In this document: piece by piece, positions 27,707 through 32,000 of the stretch
How the letters are laid out: every line of letters starts with the position of its first letter
Position numbering within the stretch: position 1 is the stretch's first letter
Program-made: the position numbers and the translations under genes
NCBI RefSeq assembly: GCF_000010625.1
Contig: NC_010296.1
Span: 390,001 to 422,000, forward strand
Source: Microcystis aeruginosa NIES-843
Lineage (GTDB): Bacteria > Cyanobacteriota > Cyanobacteriia > Cyanobacteriales > Microcystaceae
Direction: 5' to 3'
Length of the DNA stretch: 32,000 nt
Notes under the pieces: generated by a model
The model's input: the letters and a program-made list of their open reading frames with translations, nothing else
Told to the model about the DNA's origin: nothing
The model's database searches: none

Positions 27707-28987
27707 ATGAATTCAGAAGATTTTAATGTTTTACCCCTTGACAAAATGACAGACTTACCCAATGAATCTGTCGAAGAATTTAGTTTTGACGATCTCTGGA
27801 ACGATCGCCCAGTAGAGAATCCGCTGCCATCGGCAATCGCCCCCGAAGGCGAATTAGTTCCCGCAGCGCAGGCGCAACCCCTGCGGGCAGAAATCGAGGC
27901 TCTAGAACGGCAAAAACAGAGCCTAGCGGCAGAAATATCGGCGTTAAAAGCGGAAAAAGAACGCTTGATCGCCGAGGAACTAGGAGATATCAAAGCTCAA
28001 ATCGAAAGAATGCTCAAGGAAGGCGTAAAAGACCTAGAACAACGCAAACAGGCTTTAGAATTGGCGATCGAACAGTTAGAACGCCGTCGTGAGCGTATTC
28101 GGCAGGAAATGCGGAGTAATTTCGCCGGAGTCTCCCAGGACATAGCCGTGCGGGTTCAGGGATTTAAAGACTATCTGGTGGGCAGTTTACAGGATTTGGC
28201 TGCGGCTGCCGAACAGTTGGAATTACCCCGTTTTGAAACCCCCGAAAAATCCCCCCGCTCCGTGGAACCTCCCCTGCGGACCGAACGGGAGGAAAACCCG
28301 CGCCCATCCCGTGGCAGTCAAGGCCGGGATGATCGCGAAGAAAGTCCCCGTCCTTCCCGCACCAGTAACCAAGGCCGGGATAATTGGCAAGAACCCCGTC
28401 GTTCTAACCGTTCCGGTTATGAATCGGAACCGGTGGGGCAATCCACCCCTAGACAGGGCTTTTCTGACCAAAATCAGCGCATCCAAGCTCTTTTAGACCG
28501 TTATCGCAGTCGTCCTGATTATTACGGTCCCCCTTGGCAACTACGGCGCACTTTTGAACCAATTCACGCCGAACGGGTGCAACAGTGGTTCTTTAAACAG
28601 GGAGGCCGGGGTACTGTTCGCGGTATGGGCAGCCGTCTCCAGAATATTCTGGTCGCTTCGGCAATTATCTCGATTATGGCGGAATTACAGGGCGATCGCT
28701 TCCGTTCTCTAGTTCTGGCTAATAGTCCCGAACGTTTAGGCGAATGGCGGCGCGGCCTCCAAGATTGTCTCGGCATTTCCCGCGCCGATTTTGGACCAGA
28801 CCGCGGCATCGTTCTCTTTGAGTCTCCCGAAGCTTTAATTCAAAAAGCGGAACGTTTAATCGAGGATAAGTATTCACCGCTCATTATCATCGATGATACC
28901 GAAGAACGGCTCAATTTCGCTCTTTTACAATTCCCCTACTGGTTAGCTTTTGCCCCTGAACCCCAACAAAGTTCTAGTTATTGGTAA
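27707..28987 (+). CDS. coiled-coil protein with Arg/Pro-rich internal repeat and conserved C-terminal domain (hypothetical)
   Basis: 426 aa. Heptad-like region AEIEALERQKQSLAAEISALKAEKERL...; repeat EENPRPSRGSQGRDDR / EESPRPSRTSNQGRDN; globular C-terminus. Family name not verified. Confidence 0.6.
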   Translation: MNSEDFNVLPLDKMTDLPNESVEEFSFDDLWNDRPVENPLPSAIAPEGELVPAAQAQPLRAEIEALERQKQSLAAEISALKAEKERLIAEELGDIKAQIERMLKEGVKDLEQRKQALELAIEQLERRRERIRQEMRSNFAGVSQDIAVRVQGFKDYLVGSLQDLAAAAEQLELPRFETPEKSPRSVEPPLRTEREENPRPSRGSQGRDDREESPRPSRTSNQGRDNWQEPRRSNRSGYESEPVGQSTPRQGFSDQNQRIQALLDRYRSRPDYYGPPWQLRRTFEPIHAERVQQWFFKQGGRGTVRGMGSRLQNILVASAIISIMAELQGDRFRSLVLANSPERLGEWRRGLQDCLGISRADFGPDRGIVLFESPEALIQKAERLIEDKYSPLIIIDDTEERLNFALLQFPYWLAFAPEPQQSSSYW

Positions 28988-29087
28988 GTACCTAAGCAAA
29001 ATTAATTACACATCTAAGCCACTACTCCGTCAGACTTCTGGTGTGAGGAAACAGTGAACTGAAAACTCAAATCCGATCCCTAATAGC

Positions 29088-29139
29088 TGTCTCCCGTCTC
29101 CCGTCTCGGAGTCTCCTGTCTCGGAGTCTCCTGTCTCGA
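29088..29139. repeat. short tandem repeats (GTCTCCC / GTCTCGGAGTCTCCT units)
   Basis: tgtctcccgtctcccgtctcggagtctcctgtctcggagtctcctgtctcg. Related, in reverse complement, to the AGGAGAC units at 4236-4406. Confidence 0.85.
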
Positions 29140-29232
29140 CTAGGAAATTAATTTTGCACGACTACTTATTAACTAATTAGGGTCTGCGGCAAAAAGTTTT
29201 TCCTGGGGGCAGGGTGTAGGGTGTAGGGTGTG

Positions 29233-30106
29233 GTGCGATTCGTTGGCTAGAAACTAGACAGTAAGACGTTTAGAGGATTAGCCGCTTGGTAAATGTAGTA
29301 CCTTGATAACTTTATAACCCTACAGGTGCGGGTTAGTAATAACCTTAGTCCTGTCCTCTAGATGCCTAGAGTGACGGCATTTCCTGCTGCTTTAGACTTG
29401 GTACATCTGAGGTAGTGAGCGAGGAAAAAAAAGCGGTATCTGATAGCCTAAATCAGAAACCCGTTGAGCCAGAACCTATGGATAGCCCTGGGGCGAAGAT
29501 ACGAATTAACCATCGTCAACACCCACGAGCCAAAAGGCTGACAGGCTCGAAACAAAAGTTAACAGAGTTGGGGCTGATAGCTCATACCACTATCAGTAAG
29601 GCATTCCCGTTACTCTGTTGTGGACAGTATCATCCTAAGGGTTCAACCAATGGTTATAGGGAACGAAGTAACCCTGATTGACTCTGCCCGTTCGGGGCAG
29701 TAGGAAACCATCCGCAAGTCAATAGAGGGAGAGGATGTCCTTAAAAGCCAAGGCTTTGAGTAATATCAAAGATATGCTGACAAAGGACGGGTAACTAGGA
29801 AGTCTAAGCAACAATCAACGGTCATAAGCTAAACGGCGCTTAACCTGCATGATCCAATAGCTATAACTCTTTTGGAGTCTATATCGGTGATCCGAAGTAA
29901 AAGCCGTTTAGCTTATACGCCCTAAAACCAACAATCTTGTCTGGTGGGGATACAGCCAAGAGGGTTGAATAGACAAGGAAATAATAATTCCCATTATTAT
30001 TCTACTAATGACAGTAGCCTAGTTACTCAGGAGCCGGATACGGCGAAAGTCGTAAGTCCGGTTTTGAAGCAGGGGGTGGGAAGGCGACTTCCTGCTCTAC
30101 TGTAAC
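29233..30106 (+). ncRNA. ORF-less group II intron ribozyme (copy 1, complete)
   Basis: 5' GUGCG at 29233. Domain V at 30031-30064 (GAGCCGGAUACGGC-GAAA-GUCGUAAGUCCGGUUU: AGC triad, 9 bp, AA bulge, 5 bp, GNRA loop). Domain VI at 30070-30102 with bulged A 30099, 7 nt from the ...AC 3' end at 30106. Tetraloop receptor halves UAUGG 29477-29481 and CCUAAG 29634-29639, closed by GAACC/GGUUC. No RT ORF. Confidence 0.8.
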
Positions 30107-30616
30107 GGGTTTTACCGATTTTGAGGTGGTCAATTACCTAATTTTCAGGGAAAAAGTACCTGAATTTTCCCCCCGATCACTCCCATGCCAGGCACTTTTT
30201 GATTTCAAAAAAGCCTAAAGATATTATCCAACAAGGTTTTTAGATTTATTCAGCAAACCCTAAATATTTTACACAATTCATACCAGGTAAGCAAGAGGGC
30301 TACACCACTACTACCGAATCATTACCCGCCCTCTTTGAACAACTTCTGCTGCTCACCATAAGTGAGAGAAAATCACAAATAGGAGATGCACCCGGTTATG
30401 CCTGCTACGAATAAAGAAAAATGGTATTAGTTTTCCTTACGGGGGGGATATAGCTTAAAACGGGTGATTTCTCGGTTATCCAAGCGGTAAACTTTGATTG
30501 AGGATCAATTGGGGACGTAAGCGACGGAGTTTGCGTCTCTTTGTTATAATTCAAAGGCTAGGCTATAATAAATCTTCATAAACACCGATAATTTTAGTCA
30601 AAGATGTAAAAAAAGG

Positions 30617-30802
30617 GGTTCTTCGTTACTTGGTATGGTTCAATAGGGGGGCATAAATCGACTAAATCCTTATCTGGCAAGAGACTTAATTGATTAGTTC
30701 GCTCTAGATCGAAAACAATTGACATAAATCCCCGAATGTCTTTCTATATAAGAGTTTCATTCCTTGTAACCCTGTCCGTTGCATAAGACAAACCGAAGAA
30801 CC
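30617..30802 (-). mobile_element. 186-bp MITE with ISL3-like TIRs (copy 2, inverted relative to copy 1)
   Basis: GGTTCTTCGTTAC...CCGAAGAACC. The 8-bp TSD AAAAAAGG lies at 30609-30616 and 30803-30810. About 85% identical to the reverse complement of 15046-15232. Confidence 0.88.
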
Positions 30803-30854
30803 AAAAAAGGAAGATCATGATTGTGAGAGCGTGTAATTAGTATAATTAAAGTAA

Positions 30855-31052
30855 AAATCATTGGGAGCATCTCACCTTTGCAATGAGCATAAATACTTAG
30901 TGGAAAAATAGGCTTTTCGAGGGTAATTCTTGTTTTAATTCTCCATGTACGCAGTCTTTAAAAGCCTCTATTTCGTTCCAAGACACGATTAAGAGTGGCT
31001 TTTAGGCTAAGTATAATTACTTATCGCGTAAGTGAGATGCTCCCAAATCATT
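30855..31052. repeat. inverted-repeat-bounded segment upstream of the antitoxin gene
   Basis: TGGGAGCATCTCAC (30862-30875) is a perfect inverted repeat of GTGAGATGCTCCCA (31032-31045), with partial extension to about 20 nt. The interior holds only a short minus-strand ORF fragment (...SWNEIEAFKDCVHGELKQELPSKSLFFH*). Confidence 0.35.
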
Positions 31053-31063
31053 CCAAGGTAGCC

Positions 31064-31264
31064 ATGATTAAAAACATTAATGTAACTGGACTTAAACCTG
31101 AACAAATTCAGCAGATACAAGCAATTATTGCCGCATTTAAAGCTCAAAATCAACTCAATAAAAGTGAAACTGAAATTGATATGATTGAATACCTGTTGGA
31201 AAATCCTATAGAGGTTGATAATTTAGAATTTATGAAACGAGAAGAAATTTATGACAGAACTTAA
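31064..31264 (+). CDS. putative antitoxin of a PIN-toxin pair
   Basis: 66 aa from ATG 31064; the track ORF extends upstream through non-ATG codons. It overlaps the PIN gene by 14 nt, the typical type II TA arrangement. Confidence 0.55.
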   Translation: MIKNINVTGLKPEQIQQIQAIIAAFKAQNQLNKSETEIDMIEYLLENPIEVDNLEFMKREEIYDRT

Positions 31265-31613
31265 AAATCATAGTTGTTTTGTTGATTCTAATATTTGGCT
31301 TTATGCTTTTTCCACTGATAAAAGAGAAGAAAGTAAAAGAATATTGGCAAAACAATTAATTAAAGAAAAGTCCATCATTATTAGTACCCAAATAATTAAT
31401 GAGGTTTCTTGTAATTTACTTAAAAAGCATAAGCTTGATGAAAAACAACTGTTTAAATTAATTGTTTCCTTTTATAGCAAATATCAAGTTATCTCATTTA
31501 ATCTTGATATTTTTGAATCTGCATATAATCTGAGAACTCAATATCATCTATCATTTTGGGATAGTTTAGTGATTGCTTGCGCTTCATTTTCTGATGCAAA
31601 TATTGGGACTTAA
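31251..31613 (+). pseudogene. vapC: PIN-domain toxin (VapC-like), 3'-truncated by IS insertion at 31604
   Basis: PIN acidic residues occur in FVDSNIWLYA, IINEVS and FWDSLVIA. The region that normally carries the last acidic residue is missing. The final codons and the stop (..I GT*) are supplied by the IS terminal repeat TGGGACTTAAAC. Confidence 0.7.
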
Positions 31614-31793
31614 ACGATCAACAAGAGTATAATAGAGTATAATTGTTATAGAATAAGCACTTTACGTTGAAAGAGCGGCGATGAAAGAGACAACCCCAGC
31701 TGCGATGCCTCCCTGCTTTGACCGATGGTGTCGGCGGTTTGACAATTGCTTCAAAAACGAAGCGCAAAAAAACGGCTTCAGACAATATTTAGG
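31604..31793 (+). mobile_element. IS701-family-like IS, second copy, 5' 190 bp only
   Basis: It starts with the same TIR TGGGACTTAAAC. ATG at 31681 encodes MKETTPAAMPPCFDRWCRRFDNCFKNEAQKNGFRQYLG, identical to the first 38 aa of the 16368-17636 transposase. Homology stops abruptly at 31793/31794. Confidence 0.88.
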
Positions 31794-31843
31794 GTCTGCT
31801 GAAAAAGTTTTTCCTAGGGGCAGGGTGTAGGGTGTGGGGTGTG

Positions 31844-32000
31844 GTGCGATTCGTTGGCTAGAAACTAGACAGTAAGACGTTTAGAGGATTAGCCGCTTGG
31901 TAAATGTAGTACCTTGATAACTTTATAACCCTACAGGTGCGGGTTAGTAATAACCTTAGTCCTGTCCTCTAGATGCCTAGAGTGACGGCATTTCCTGCTG
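31844..32000 (+). ncRNA. ORF-less group II intron, copy 2 (5' 157 nt; runs off the window)
   Basis: 31844-32000 is identical base for base to 29233-29389, and is preceded by the same 50-52 nt leader with 4 differences. Confidence 0.8.

Noticed and set aside
27646-28809. Antisense and alternative-frame ORFs (27646-27993, 28223-28486, 28233-28496, 28564-28809)
   Set aside because: They lie within the GC-rich Arg/Pro-repeat part of the 426-aa gene. Open frames are expected there by composition, and the sequences are Arg/Pro/Gly-rich nonsense.
29326-29330. Second GUGCG as an alternative 5' end of the group II intron
   Set aside because: The candidate EBS1/EBS2 sequences pair with the exon preceding 29233, and I found no partner for CCUACAG, the exon end that a 29326 site would imply. 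The boundary between perfect identity and divergence in the two copies also falls at 29233. I keep it as a lower-probability alternative.
29415-29681. 88-aa ORF inside the intron
   Set aside because: It starts with GTG, lies across domain I RNA structure (receptor and EBS region), and has no RT or maturase motifs. It is most likely a chance ORF.

Overview
This looks like a chromosomal window from a cyanobacterium. The evidence is frequent HIP1 GCGATCGC palindromes (e.g. 319-326), heptamer/octamer STRR arrays and cyanobacterial gene content. A Microcystis-like genome is my guess from memory, with no search run. The housekeeping backbone is asnS, gyrA, ureD, ispE, rsmA, two crcB genes, tRNA-Asp, moaA, ftsY and a metal ABC ATPase. 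It is heavily colonised by mobile and repetitive DNA:
- a TnpB-only IS200/IS605-type element;
- an IS701-like IS, with one full copy and one truncated copy;
- two copies of an ISL3-like MITE;
- four TTAAGT-ended MITEs that carry a G/C-rich palindromic module, which is also inserted in frame inside tnpB;
- a C-protein-controlled m5C restriction-modification island;
- a tandemly duplicated Uma2 gene;
- a vapBC-like toxin-antitoxin pair.

glgP is a pseudogene hit by two insertions, both with intact target-site duplications.

The most interesting item lies in a roughly 2 kb stretch with no credible ORF (28988-31063). It is an ORF-less group II intron (29233-30106) with readable domain V, domain VI and an 11-nt tetraloop receptor. 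Its candidate exon-binding sites pair with a GGGTGT(A/G) heptamer repeat immediately upstream. A second, identical copy starts at 31844 and is nested inside a truncated IS that itself truncates vapC.

All protein family names come from reading the translations and from memory. No database search was run.
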